NCBI GenBank assembly: GCA_973895155.1
Contig: OZ316897.1
Coordinates: 20,860,260 to 20,924,259 of the forward strand
DNA from: Marsupella aquatica
Taxonomy: Eukaryota > Plantae > Marchantiophyta
DNA length: 64,000 nucleotides
Direction of reading: 5' to 3'
The position numbers and the translations under genes are program-made. This document shows, piece by piece, positions 46,056 to 59,548 of this stretch (its first letter is position 1; each line of letters starts with the position of its first letter). The notes beneath the pieces were generated by a model. It did not search any database, was not told where the DNA came from, and saw only the letters and a program-made list of their open reading frames with translations.

Positions 46056-48701
46056 TGTGTGGTCGACCTTTGATTACGTGGTTCGGACCAATTTACTCGC
46101 AGTTTGGACTTTTTCACAGACCAAATGTAAAACCCGATACACGTATCGCTCCCTACATTCCCACAGCGATGCAATGTAGGCAACTCGTGTTTTTTCAATT
46201 TTTTGGCAGTTTTATCATAGATTGCATTGCCTTAAACACAGTGACGGACCAAACGAGAAGTATGACCACCAAACGAGAAGTGTGTTTTCGATTTCACGAA
46301 AAACGGCAAAAAATCACTAAAATTAAGATCAATTTAAACGCTATTTTGAGGATGAATCCAAAATTGCATCCAACATCGGATTTCAAATCGAGATACTGTC
46401 GACACAAAAACAAAGAATTGTCACAATCCAGAATTTTGATACACTTCATCTAAAAAAAGTGCAAATTCCAAAACCTAGAAAAACAATGCTTTTCACGTGA
46501 TCCTTCTAAAAGCTAAATCCAAGCGTCAAACAAAACGAGTAAAACACAAGATTTCATTTTCGCCATCAAAATGGCAAACTGAAAATGGGATACGGCGTAT
46601 CCCATTTCGGATTCAACCGTTGAACTTGGACGAAAACCGCACCAAATCATTCTCTTGACGCTTCCATTTAACTTCGGGTTAAAAATATTTGAAATTTTAA
46701 CTGCAGTAAAATTGAAAACTGCAAAAAACTGAGCGCGGACTTGTGGAATGGCTCAAGGGAGGCTTGAGTAGGAAATGCATCAATTTTTTGCTTTCAAGGA
46801 GTAATAATTACATAGTTTAGTGATTAGCGGAGTTGTTAGGTTTAAGGTAACTTAATAACTAGGGAAGTAGAGTAGGGAAATAAATTGAGGGAGAGGACAT
46901 GTTTCTCTAAGAAGTATCAAGAGTTGAGTAAGTTATTTGGTAAGGGCGGAAAAAAATTACGGTAGTCGGCAAGTCGGGCCGAAGGCATGACCGATACTTT
47001 TGAGTGATAAGTTTTGCTAAGACTCACCCTATAGGTGCTAGGTAGTCCCTAGACCACACATAAAAGTCACAAAGTCAAGTGGGGTCTTAACCTAGGAGTT
47101 GTAAGTATTTTGGTAAAACTTAAAATTACCAAATAGCGGGTCTCGGGAAAAATAGCTGATGGGAAAAGGTAGGGGTTCCAAGTTGCAAAATAGGTTAAAT
47201 ATGATCCACTCTATCCCTGGAAACTTGTGGGAGAACTTGGTTACCTTTGGTTACTTTTTGGGAGCATCTCAAAGTTGAGAAGAATGTTGGAAAACATAAG
47301 AATTAACCCTCTTTACCTAATTTTAGAAAAATTGGTTATAGGGTTTTGTTTAGATCTTAGTAAACCAGGACATAGCCCTATGTCAAGAAAATCTATGGAT
47401 CTACTCAAAAGTCCTTTTGGCCTTATGGGTGATTTTTGGCGGTGGGTACAATATGGGCCGGGGAATTATAGTTTTTCCCAAATAACGAAATCCGACTAAG
47501 TGTAAAAACGCTTCGACGAGGCTACCACAAGGCAGGAATAAGTCAAGCACAAGGGCGGCTAGGAGATGGTTGAATAGACCAGGCAATCACAAGGTGAAGG
47601 AGCTTGAGTGGGAGTGGTAGTTAGTTGGACTTTTGTTGTAGTGTGACTTTGGTAGTTAGTAGGACTTTGGTGATTGGACTTTGGTCCTTGGTGGGCTACC
47701 TTGGTCCTTGGTCCTTGGTGGGCTACTTTGGTCCTTGGTCCTTGGTGGGCTACTTTGGTCCTCTACCTTGGTCCTCTACTTTGGTCCTTGGTCCTTGGTC
47801 CTTGGTGGGCTACCTTGGTGTGGTGTGGAAGGAGAATAGTATATAAGGAGGAAGTTTTCATTTGTTAGGGACCGGGAGTCTCATCTCTTAAGTGGAATCT
47901 CTACCTTGCCAAGGTATGGCTAAGCTTGAGAAGGGAGAGGTGGTCCATGCTTAGTGTGAAGAATGTGTAGTGAACTTTTGTTGTAAAGGTGATGCAATAA
48001 AAGGAGACTTGCCAATCTTCATTGTGACCATTAAGTGTGAGTGCATTTGAAGTATATGAGAGCAAGAGAATAGTCCATGCTATGATGTAATCTTGGTCTA
48101 AGCTTGAAGGGGATGTGCCAGTACAAAACCAAGGCCGAGAAGCAAGGTTAAGGTAGAGCACTACTTTGAGACTTAGAGAGGATTATAGCTTGAGGGTGGA
48201 AAGTATTTTGCTTGGTGTATGGTGTTAACAAGAAGTAAGAACAAGAGGAAGAGTCCTTAGATAGAAGAGCCTTCTCTAGAGCTCAAAGGGGATGTGTGGA
48301 CCCAAACCAAGGCCAGGGGGCAAGGTTGAGGGGTAACACTACTTTGAGGGTCTTGAGGAGACTTAAGCTTGAAGAGGAAAGTACTTTGGTTCTTGGGTGT
48401 TTGTGTGAGACTCTTCTCTAAGGTGATAGCTTGGAGCGGAGATCCCCCTTGCTGATCCTTGGAGTAGAGGAGAGGGGAAGGGTGTGAGTACAAAAGTAGT
48501 CAAGGGGACTACCTCTCTAGAAGTGGAGAGTTGAAACTACTTATGTATGGAGTGATTAGTCATTGTAGGCACATTTCAGAAGTTTTGTCAATCCTTTGTG
48601 ACCCTGGTATGATATGGAGTAGGTATTAGGTAGTCTTTTGGGGAGAAAAGCCGCTTAAGCTCCTTGACAAGTGTTTGACAGGACTACAGTCGACCCACAC
48701 C
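46056..48701. mobile_element. 2,646-bp solo LTR D
   Basis: TGTGTGGTCGAC...GTCGACCCACACC inverted termini (last base C instead of A), TSD GTTAG (46051-46055, 48702-48706), TATATAAGG at ~47841, no coding. Confidence 0.8.
47678..47820 (+). repeat. ~27-bp minisatellite built from TTGGTCC heptamers, just upstream of the TATA in LTR D
   Basis: TTGGTCCTTGGTCCTTGGTGGGCTACY repeated about 4-5 times. Confidence 0.9.
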
Positions 48702-50307
48702 GTTAGTTAAGTTAACCCGACGACATGTCCGGAAATTTTAGCCCATAACGCATGATGAATACGAGATGGGATCCAAGTATCCACTATCGTATTCAACCTC
48801 GATGTTTTCCACCTGCAACTTTGCATCAGGAGATCTTTCGACATGAATACCAACTCAGATCCATGGATCCCATTTTTTTCGCAAGTCCAAAAACTCATCG
48901 GGAAAACAGGAGGATGAATACCAGATGGGATCCATGGATCCCATCTAGTATTCAACCTCTACATTTTGAACTTTTCGCATTGCATACCTTGATATTCTAG
49001 TTTGAAGACCAACTGGGATCCGCGACGACTTCCTCAAAATTTACAATTTAAATTTCAGCATTCCTTGAAAAGACAGACTCTTACTTTAAAAAACCCTTGT
49101 ATGGACCACTTAGGGAATGCCAATAGGGATCCACGTATCCCATTTTTCTGAACAAGTCCAAAAATAACCCACTCAAAACCAAGGATGAATGGATCCCATT
49201 TGGTATTCGCCTGCCAAAATTTGCCCTTGCCGCACTTTGCACCTTGATATTGAGGTTTGAATACCAACACGAATCCATGGATCCCATTTGGTATTCACCC
49301 GCCAAAATTTGCCATTGTCACACCTCGCACCTCAATATTGAGGTTTGAATACCGACACGAATCCATACCGACACGGATCCATGAGTCCCATTTGTTGATT
49401 CAACTCCAAAACAATTTTGGATTTTTCCTTGCTCAGCACAACCCCAATCACATCCATTTTTTACTCTTTCAAAATATGTAGGACCAATCAACAGACCCTA
49501 CCTAAGAATGGAGGCAAATACCAAGTGGGTTTGTGGATCCCACCTCGGATTCAAAGTCCCGGATTGGCCCTCGGTCATAAGTTACTCATCCATTTTCACA
49601 TTTAAATACAAAATTGGATTTCATTTGGTCTTTGTAAAATTATTATCACACTTTGTAAAGTTCTTGATGGGATAAAACAACATGTTCTTATACCAAATGT
49701 GGGATCCATGGATCCCACTTGGTATTCATACAAGGTTTTATGACTTTTTCCTTTCTAGATTTGTGAAATAACATGTTTGAATACTACATGGGATACTTGG
49801 TATCCCACTTGGTATTCCTCTTGAAGTTTTGATCATTTGTGATCTTTTTACAAATGCAATCTGATTTTTTCGCAAGATTTTGCCTGATCTCAAATTTTTT
49901 CTTTTTCTATTTTTGCAGCGCCGAGTAAAGCGGCCGAAAAGTCTCAAGCTCTTCTTTCTAACGGTATCAATTATAAGGAATTTGGATAAATACCGATAAA
50001 GATATGGCTTCCAAAGCGTGAGAGGCTACAAACTTAAGTTTTTGTAATTTTATAAATTTCACCCCACAACTTAATCTGATCATATCTTAGTCAATCTTGC
50101 ATTTCGCACCTAATTGCTTCATATTCAGAGGTTGAATGCAAAGTGGGATACGGGGTATCCCACTTCGCATCCAACCTCATTTTTTCACGTTTATGATACC
50201 CAAACTGGATTTTTGAAGATTGAATCCCAAATGGGATACGCCTTATCTGGACCGCCATTAGACTCACAAGAGAAAATATTGTTTTCCCAGGAAAGCTAAA
50301 GCTTGAG

Positions 50308-50601
50308 ACGGGGTGGGGACAGGATTCTCTTGGTGCCCTCTAGCGGCGGCGTTGCTGATTGAGGGGTCTGCTTTTTGGGGGGCTGCTGTGGGAAGGGCAT
50401 GGGTGCTCTCTTGATCGGTGTTATTTCCCTTCTTTGAGGGGGGCCTCTCCCTGGGGCTTTGATGCTCTCTTTTGTGCTTTTGGGCTCTCTTTGTGGCTCA
50501 CTAGTGTGCTGTTGCTGTCCCTGTATTAAGGGCTGTTGTTCCCCCTATCCGTGGGGTCTTTCACGGTATTAAAATTTATAAAAAAAACCATTCCAAGGAA
50601 A
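50308..50601 (+). mobile_element. 294-bp 5'-truncated copy of the adjacent LINE
   Basis: Nearly identical to 57879-58172. TSD GCTAAAGCTTGAG (50295-50307, 50602-50614). Confidence 0.95.
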
Positions 50602-51762
50602 GCTAAAGCTTGAGTCGGTGTCTGTCACTGAACGACAACAAGAGCTTCAGTGCGTGTTTAGTCAAACTGTGCTTGCGAAACAATCAGCAATCCATAAGAC
50701 TTTTCCCATCATTCCAAGAAAACTCTAGGTAGATACCACATGGGATACCCCGTATCCCACTTCGCATCCAACCTCCTTTTTTAGCTAAAGAGAAACCAAA
50801 ACTGGACATTTGAAGGTTGAATCCCAAACGGGATATGCCGTATCCCATTTCGCATTCAACGTTGAGGTTTTGACATTTGGAGTCTAAGATGCTTCATATT
50901 CGGAGGTTGGATGTGACATAGGATACCCTGTATCCCACTTCGGATCCAACCTCCTTTTTTAGCTAAAGAGAAATCAAAACTGGACATTTGAAGAATGATC
51001 GGCTGAACGAGCTAACTGACAGTGGACTTGCGAAGAAGGGCGGAGGGACTTGTGCTCATCCATGAGCGTTTCGACCTTCCAGAAGGAGATTGAGAGGGGC
51101 AAAAAGCTTCTCGAGAGGGGTGGAATCGATACGAGGGTGACCCCTGCTTCTGCACGAAGCTTTTTCTGCTCTCTCTCGCCATCGCTACGATCGGGATCCG
51201 CTTTAGAGCCGGTTCTGCTGTTTTAGGGTGGAATACTAGTCTGGATTGCGGGAGCACAATTGTGGAGATCCGGTCATGAGAGTTGGAGCCAGGGGTGGCG
51301 GATGAGCCGATGCGTTAGTCTAGCGGGAGCACCTTTCCCGCTGCCACTTTTGGAGGCGGGGATTAAAAGGTAGACACATTGGAACAGGGGTTCGCATCGA
51401 TCTGGTGGGGTGCTACAGTGGGCGACTGAAACAAACGGTGTGGATTACGGCAACGGACCTTGGTGTCTGCAAACTCGGATTGGACAGCGAGTGGCGGCAC
51501 TCAGATTCCTAAAAGTGTTTGGAGCTGACATTGCCAAAGAGGATGGCGGAACATGCAGAGAAGAGTTAAGGCGGCACAAAGTGTGCCTGAGTGGTTCTAT
51601 TCTGACGGGAGAATTATGGAATAGTTCGGGAAGGACATCTTGGTTAATGAGATTGGACCCAGTGGACTCGAGAGGAGCCTGGAGCCCTCTTCGATTACAA
51701 GGTAAGCACTGCCCCGAACATCTTATTAACGCCGTCTGACTGTCATTGCATACATTAATTTA

Positions 51763-53926
51763 ATGTCGGGCGAAGGTGAAAAGGGATTGGACTACTACGG
51801 GCGCTCAGAAACCACATCTTGTGGAAGAAGCGATCGGAATGGACGTCTTTCTGAATCAAGGAACATCCGAGTGGCTACACCGATGGTTGTCCAGACTAGA
51901 ACGGGGACGCTCCAGGGGGTGAGAGGGCGCGAGACCAATCTGGTTGGTTTGGCCTCTCAGAATAAAGGAAAACTCGGAGAGGAGGGAGTGGGGAGGTGCA
52001 ACCAATTCTCGGCGCAAGATGCGCGGAATGATGGGGACGGACCACGGTGGGAGAGAAAGGGAGGAGGCAATCCTGGCCTATAGGGAGAGAGTAGGGGGGC
52101 TCAGCCGGCTCACAACGGGAGATACAGGATGATCTGATGGACATGGAAGAGGATGAGAATGGCGGCGGCTCAGCTCGGGACAAGGTCCCAGCCTTGGATG
52201 GAGAGACACGACGTAGCCTGAGAGGTGCAGAGCTCAAGGGAGAGGGTCCTGGAATCTGTGGAATCTCAAATGGTACCCGGAATCCTGATACATGGGGCCG
52301 CGAAGGAGCTGAAGAGGAGGAAACATCGGAGGAATGTATCAGAATTCTGAGAGCTGTAGCACACCGCTCTAAGGGTGACCTTGACAAAAAGCTGTTTGCC
52401 ACAGTTGAATGGAACATGATGGAAGCAACTATGAATGTGAGGCAATTATATAACTGTGCCTTGCTATGCTACTTCACAGACAAAACCCCATTGCTTCCAG
52501 CCTTCAGAGACTGGGTAGAAGACGAAATGACTAGCCAAGGGCGCTGGCCGGTGCTACAAGTCAAGTTTGTGGGGAAAAATTTTTACATGGTAATCTTTGA
52601 AGAACCTGATCATCGGGATCTGGCACTGAATGCGGCGCCATGGTTTATGGAAAATAGATTTGTATACACCTTCCCATGGGATCCAACCTTTGACATAAAA
52701 AATGAGTCTTACACCAAACTGCCAGTATGGATTGAGCTACCATTTAGAGCCTTGGAGCTGGAAGGATGCAGAAGGAAAATTGCAAGCGCGCTTGGCACCC
52801 TACTATACTACATTCAAGGAGACCAATTCAGTTCTTACCCACATGACCGTGCGTGCATACTATGGGACACTGACAGGGAGATACCGGCAAGTGTTCGAGT
52901 GAAAATTCAGAAGGATATAGTAATTTGGCAACCGGTGACCTTCCGCAATATTCCTTACCACTGCTACAAATGCCATAAGAAAGGGCATCTAGCCCGCAGC
53001 TGTCGAGAAGGAGATGAAGGGCAGAGGCCGACGAGTGTGCTGGAAATACCTGATGAAAAAGACGACGAACGACACTCGGAGGCTGACCCAGAAGAGATAC
53101 AAAAGGCCCAAGAGAATGCTATGGTCCGGGTTAAATTCAGGGAGAACCAAGAGCGGCAGGCGAACACGATCCGGAAAAACTCAGTTGAGGAGGAAATTGC
53201 CCATGTGGAGCTGATCATTGCGACAGATGTTAGAGAACCGGACAAAGGAACTCCAGCTAACCCACAACGGCCGAATGTGGGTGCTATTGGGATGGAATTG
53301 CTGGAGCCCACTCGTGGACCCTTGGACGCCATGGTGAGATGGGAACCGACTAGGACTAAGGGGAATTCGCGAGACTTCCCACCTGGGAGTGGACTGGCCC
53401 GGGATCCTGGAGGTAACACAGACCGCAGAGGCTCTGTTCTAAATGCCAGTGCACCAAGCTTTGGGCCGGAATTCAGCACGAAGGCCAGAACAGACACACT
53501 CGGGCTTCCAGGATCGCTCTTAGAGGTAGAAGCCGAAGGGAATTTCTCGTACCATGGGGACACCGATGCAGAGATGTCAGAATATGAAGCTTACATATCG
53601 AATAGCAAACTCAAAGCACGAACCAGGAAACAAGAATTGAGAACCCCCCAACTGAAGATAAAGAGAAGCCGAAGGGTGAAGCAAAAAAACAACGTTCGCT
53701 GTACTTCTCACGAGGATCCATGTCTGATGCAGGTGCGGGCGAAAGCTCAACAAGGACAAACAGATTGCTCAGCCCTGAAACGAGGAGTCCGAGAAGTGAA
53801 CAAAGAGGCACAGCACAAACTAAGATGAGAGACGACTACTCCCTGATAGGGGGACTGACTGAGCAGCAAACGGGGAGCGGCTCTCAGGGCTGGATGCTAT
53901 CCCCTGGAGGACGGAATCGTATCTAG
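51763..53926 (+). pseudogene. LINE 2 ORF1 (DUF4283-like plus zinc knuckle), disrupted near both ends; main open part 52137-53828
   Basis: APWF..FPWDP..LPVWIELP; CYKCHKKGHLARSC. Confidence 0.85.
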
Positions 53927-53988
53927 GGTGACGGTGTGCTGACCAAGTGCACCACTCGACTTGGGGAGCAGCGGGGGGGGGGGAGGGG

Positions 53989-56900
53989 ATGGAGAACATA
54001 ATGCGGATTGCCACATGGAACGTCTGTGGGCTGTGTGAGACAAACCGCAAACATGTCGTCAAAAACTGGGTACAGGCACTGCGATTTCCGCTGGGATGCC
54101 TAGCTCTACAAGAAGTGAAGACGGATCAATTCCGTTTGGACATGGCTCTGAGAACAATTCTCTCAAACTATCAACACGTCTCATCGGCACCAGAGGAAGG
54201 CAGGGGAGGAACGGCACTTCTGGTCCACCCGTCTTTGAAGGTGGTAGCATCAGGCAAACTGGACCTTGGCAGAGCTGTGTGGATAATCATTGAGAACGAA
54301 GGAGGCAATTATGGAGTGGCATCTATCTATGCACCAAACTCGGCTGACTTAAGGGCTTTGCTATGGAACGAGCTTAAGGATGAGCTTCCGCAGGTAAACT
54401 GGATCATCTGTGGCGACTTCAACATGACAGAAAGAAGAGCGGACTCAACCGGGAGATCACCTCTGATCGGCGGAAGAGAAGCGGAATTCTGGCGCTTCTT
54501 AAAAACGCGCTTTGACCTGGTAGATGCGTGGGAGATCACCGGGGGCGCTACGGGTGCCCAATTCACATGGAGAAGGATGAGAAGGGGATTAATGGTACAA
54601 TCCCAATTAGATAGGTTCTACATTAGCGAGAAGGGATGGTGGTTAGAGGAGAGAGTAGAGCTGGTGCATGAAGGAGGATCAGCGTTATCAGACCATGACC
54701 CGGTGATACTGAAAGGGAGGTTCAGAGATGCAGGTCAGAAGGTGGAGCGAGGTAAGGTGAGACTATTCATGGCCAATCCAGCGCTTCCAAGCAACAAGGA
54801 GGACCTGGCGCTTCTAGAAGGAGCCTGGAGGGAAGGAAGGAGGGAATTTGCAAACCCTGTGCTGCGATTTTCAAAAGCGTGCTCCAATTTTAGGCAAAAA
54901 TACATGGAGTTACAAGCAAGACCAAGGCTGGCAGAGGTTGAGATGGAGTTTCTTAGAGCGAGAATGAGAGCACTGAAAGCATCCATTCTGGAGGAACACA
55001 CAGAGGATGAAATCAAGGAATACACGGAAACGGAAGACACACTGCATGCAACCGAGTTGGAAGTGGCTAATAAGGGACGGAGACTTGCAAGGATTAAATG
55101 GCTGGGAGAAGGAGACGAATCAACAAAGTTCTTCTATGCGATAGTAAAGGCTAAACGCGCCCGAGAAACCATGAACCTGATTCTCAAAGAGGATGGGACG
55201 GAGATAACAGAGGCGGCAAGCATTGTGCTTGAAGTGGAGAAAATGTGTCAAGCACTTTATGCACCGCAGGAACCCTCACAAAGGGAGACACAAGAACGAC
55301 GGCAAGAGAGGAGACGTCTACTGCAACACACAAAATTTGCGCTTACAGTGGCAGAGAGAATGAAATTGGAAGCTCTCCCGACAACTAAAGAGGTGAAGGA
55401 AGTGCTTTGGATGCTACCAGGAGACAAATCGCCTGGCCCAGACGGCTTAACGGCAGAAGTACTGCGCGCATGCTGGGAGTTTCTGGGACAGGACTTGGTG
55501 GAAATGATACAAGAATTCTGGATGACAGGAGAGATTGATAGTGCGTTAAAAGAAGGGATAATAAAGCTCATTCCGAAGAAGCCTGATAAGAGATCACTGA
55601 AGGACTGGCGTCCCCTTACAATGTTGAACACAACGTACAAAGTCATTGCTAAGATCCTGGCATTGCGGTTACAAGAAATCATGAACAAGATAATCAGCCC
55701 CCAACAGACCGGATTTATACAGGGGCGCCACATTCTGGAAAACATCTCACTGGCCTGGCTCGCATGTGACTGGATACAGCACAAGAAGACGGAGGCACTT
55801 TTCTTGAAGTTGGATTTCGAAAAGGCCTTTGACAGGGTGAATCACGAATACATATGGGACACAATGCACTTACTGGGAATAAGTGGCCACTTTATCACAC
55901 TGGTACGGGCTCTGTTGGCTGGATCTTTCTCGAAGGCAATGGTCAATGGTTTTGCGACGGGTATGATTGAGCTTAAGAGGGGGGTGAGACAGGGCTGCCC
56001 CTTGTCGCCCCTACTTTTTGTCATCTCGACACAACCGCTGATGGACTTCTTAGCTGCGGAGATGGAGGCTGGGAGACTTAGTGGACTGTCAATCACGGAC
56101 ACACTCACAATATGCTACAGATTATTCGCAGATGATGTTGGAATGTTCATTCCTGCCACGGAGGAAGCTTTCACCCAGGCACAAACTGCACTTGCATGTT
56201 ATGAAATGGGTTCTGGAGCAAAGCTGAACCTACAAAAATCTGTGGTGATTCCCTTGGCAATTGAGGTCATCCCGGATTGGCTGCTGTACTCTGGCTGTCA
56301 AGTGAGTGCAATGGGGGAGGTTCAGAAATATCTGGGCGCTCCCTTGGGGGCCGGGCTGAAGACTGAGCAACTGCACAGATTCTGCCTAGATAAAATCAGC
56401 TCACGACTGTCATCCTGGACAAATAAGCTCCTCTCTTTCACAGGTCGAACCTTATTGGTCAAACACGTGCTCCAGGCCATCCCAATCTACCATGTGATGC
56501 ACCTCAAGGCTTCAGCGGGTCTGGCCAAGAAACTCATTGCCCTCAGTAGAGATTTTCTGTGGGGATATAATCCTGCAGGTGGGAAGAAAATTCCGCTGGT
56601 GGCATGGGACAAGATGACACTTCCAAAAATAGAGGGCGGCCTGGGATTCAAGGACTTCAGAAGCCACTCCAATGCATTATTATCACAATGGTTCACTAAG
56701 GCCCTAGAGTATCCAGACAGGTAATGGTCGAAGATGCTGGCAGCCAACTTATCTTTAATGGGATGGTTGAATTACAAGGTGATCAGAAGAAACAATTACA
56801 CGTTCAAGGATAGGCTTATGCTCTGTACTCCTAGGGCAGGCGGTGGTCTCAGGTATACAAGTGGTCTATGGAAGGCTTGGGAGGAGCTGCGTGCCCATCT

Positions 56901-57843
56901 GGCTTTTTGTCCTGGGAGATATGGTGCCCCTGGACGCTGGAGCATTAACGATGCAATTAGATGTATGGTAGATTTCAATTCATTGCCAAATGTGGACATT
57001 GTAGGAGTCACTGCTATTTGTGGACGCTTGGGAATGAGATCAATTCAGGACGGATGGTCGGTGGAGACAGGGGGCTGGAAAGACCTTCCGCTTAGGGGGC
57101 AGGTGCTGCGAGGATTCACGGGGGAGCACAGAGGGCTGGCTAGAGCGTTCCTAGGGAGAATTTGGGAGTCAACTGCCTGCAAGTGGGACAGGGATCCTCC
57201 GGCCAGACAGTGGCGCTGGTCTGACAGGGCAGAACCTCTCAAGGACTTTCAGATCACCAACTGCAGGGTCTACCAGTTCTTGAGACCCAAGATGAGCCTT
57301 CATGTGCTGCTTAATAGGTGCTGGTCCTCACACCGGTCGGAAATTGAATGGTGCATTGGATGGAAGAAGCTGTGGATTTCTGACCTCTCCTGCAGGGCAA
57401 AAACCTTTATCTGGCGGATCCTGGTTGGTGGATTGTTTACTGGTCAACGGGCCCTCCGTATCCAGGCTGGTACTGGGAATTGTAAGCTTTGCTGTGGGGT
57501 CTTGGAGACGATGCAACATTTGTTCATTGAATGTTCCCATGCCTCATGTTGCTGGAGGATGTGTGACAGGATTTTGACGGAGCTTCGCTTACCCATTGGA
57601 GGTGGTCTGCTGGCTATTCTTGATGCATCGACAGGACCGGAGCCTATTCACACTGCTAGGATCTTTTGTGTATATCAGACTCTCTGGATGATTTGGCTGG
57701 GAAGAAATGAACATATGTTCTCTGACAAGGTGGGACGTTCATTTGACTTGGGCCTGATGCTTGCTGAGACTGCCAATCACATCCATGCGGTTGGGGCTGG
57801 TTTACGCTTTGGGCGGCGTCGCTCTCGGTTGAACCGGGCTTAG
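53989..57843 (+). pseudogene. LINE 2 ORF2 (AP endonuclease, RT, zf-RVT), one in-frame TAA at 56722
   Basis: TWNVCGL, LQE, GDFN, LDRF, SDH; KSPGPDG, WRPL, LDFEKAFDRV, RQGCPLSP, LFADD; CKLC..ETMQHLFIEC. Confidence 0.95.
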
Positions 57844-58876
57844 GAATGGTTGCGGGGAACGAGGCAAATCTGGCTGAGACGGGGTGGGGACAGGATTCTC
57901 TTGGTGCCCTCTAGCGGCGGCGTTGCTGATTGAGGGGTCTGCTTTTTGGGGGGCTGCTGTGGGAAGGGCATGGGTGCTCTCTTGATCGGTGTTATTTCCC
58001 TTCTTTGAGGGGGGGCTCTCCCTGGGGCTTTGATGCTCTCTTTTGTGCTTTTGGGCTCTCTTTGTGGCTCGCTAGTGTGCTGTTGCTGTCCCTGTATTAA
58101 GGGCTGTTGTTCCCCCTATCCGTGGGGTCTTTCACGGTATTAAAATTTATAAAAAAAACCATTCCAAGGAAAACTGGACATTTGAAGGGGTATCCCACTT
58201 CGCATCCAACCTTCTTTTTTAGCTAAAGTGAAACAAAAACTGGACATTTGAAGGTTGAATCCCAAACGGGATACGCCGTATCCTATTTGGGATTCATCCT
58301 CGCCATTTCCATGAAGATTCTCACTTGTTAGTCAAATCAGATTTTTGGGGAATACAAGTTTGTATAGACGATGTGCATTCGTCGAGAGTAAGAGGATACA
58401 AAGCAAGAAAAAATGAGCGGAAAATTCTCAAGCGGTGATCTCCTATTTATAGTTTTCTCTCTGACCGTGGTTAGTATTTGACTGCAGTTGCATCGCAGTT
58501 GGTTAAATGTTATCGTTAAGAAGAATCATTTGAGAATATTCTTGACGGGTAAACCAATATCGGCACTTTTATTGCATTTGTTTTTATTTTTTTTGGAATT
58601 CCGCGGTTGGATCCGAAATGGGATACGCCGTATCCCATCTTCGTATTCGTGTCAATTTTTCCCATTTTTTAAATTTGAAAAAGTAGTTTTTAGGGGGAAT
58701 ACTAATTCCGTATCCAAGACTTTTTTGCCTTAGAAATTTTTTTTGCCGCGGGCAAAATGAGAAGTGTGGTCACACTCCTTGTTTGGTCCGTCACTGTGTT
58801 CTTAGAAAAAAATGGAATCGGGCTAAACGAGAAGTGTGTCACACTTCTCGATTGGTCCGAAATCGTGTTTCATACA

Positions 58877-59548
58877 GACTGTCAGGATGTTTGTGCTATA
58901 TCAAGCTATGTGGTCGATGTGGCTAGGACAAAACAAACAGGTTTTCAATGCGCTGGACCGCAGGTCCTTTGACATGAGGATGGTCCTTTCTGAGGTTTCT
59001 TCTCTTCTAGTGGGTGCGAGCATGGGCGCTCCCTTGGGGCGAAAGCACACTAGGCTTTTAAGGGCTAAAGAAGTTATTGAGATTGAAAGACGTAGGACAC
59101 TGATTAGCGGTGTTGGTAGCTTTTCTTCTTTCACCTTAGGTTGATGTGCTTGGAAGACAGTTATAGGTGTGATGCGCCCTTGACTGGGGCTTTAGGCTCT
59201 CTTGGCAGATATGCTGCTTGTGAGGGCTCTCAAAAGGTTGAGGTACTGTTTTGGTAGGAAATGGCTAGTTTGATGGTGGGTGGCCTCTGGCGGCGATGGG
59301 GGTGATGTGGTAGATGTTTTTGGACGGGTGGGGTGGATTCCCCTGACGTGCTTGATTCTTGTGTTAGATTGTCCTTGTCAGGCTTGGATGTGCTCTTGAG
59401 TTTTTTGTGGGTTTTGGGCATTGTGTGTTGTATTGGCCTTTTGGGGGGCACCCCCGTGGCTTGTTGTGGGTGCCTGTGCTGTTTGCTTCCCCCCCGCCGT
59501 GGGGTTTTTGCGGTGTTATTTATAAAACAAAGAAAATTCCCCAGGAAA
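58877..59548 (+). mobile_element. 3' end of another LINE (ORF2 C-terminus and 3' UTR)
   Basis: LYQAMWSMWLGQN..FD.. homologous to the LINE 2 C-terminus. Conserved 3' motif and CCAGGAAA end. Confidence 0.85.

Larger units (their letters stand above)
50994..58172 (+). mobile_element. Near full-length L1-clade LINE 2 (~7.2 kb)
   Basis: ORF1 and ORF2 present. TSD (AAA)ACTGGACATTTGAAG at 50979-50993 and 58173-58187. Confidence 0.93.
48707..58876. repeat. LTR-like sequence rich in GGGATCC-AT-GGATCCC and GGGATAC-N3-GTATCCC palindromes, interrupted by two LINE insertions (pieces 48707-50307, 50615-50993, 58188-58876)
   Basis: Many palindrome copies and repeated units. Ends ..TTTCATACA at 58876 where LINE coding resumes. 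58600-58870 resembles the reverse complement of 46075-46630. Whether this is one LTR or two, and its orientation, is unresolved. Confidence 0.6.

Noticed and set aside
49915-50020. Possible ribozyme-like or structured motif in LTRs (similar tracts near 25620-25710 and 27260-27340)
   Set aside because: Could not assemble a CUGANGA/GAAA hammerhead core with paired stems by eye.
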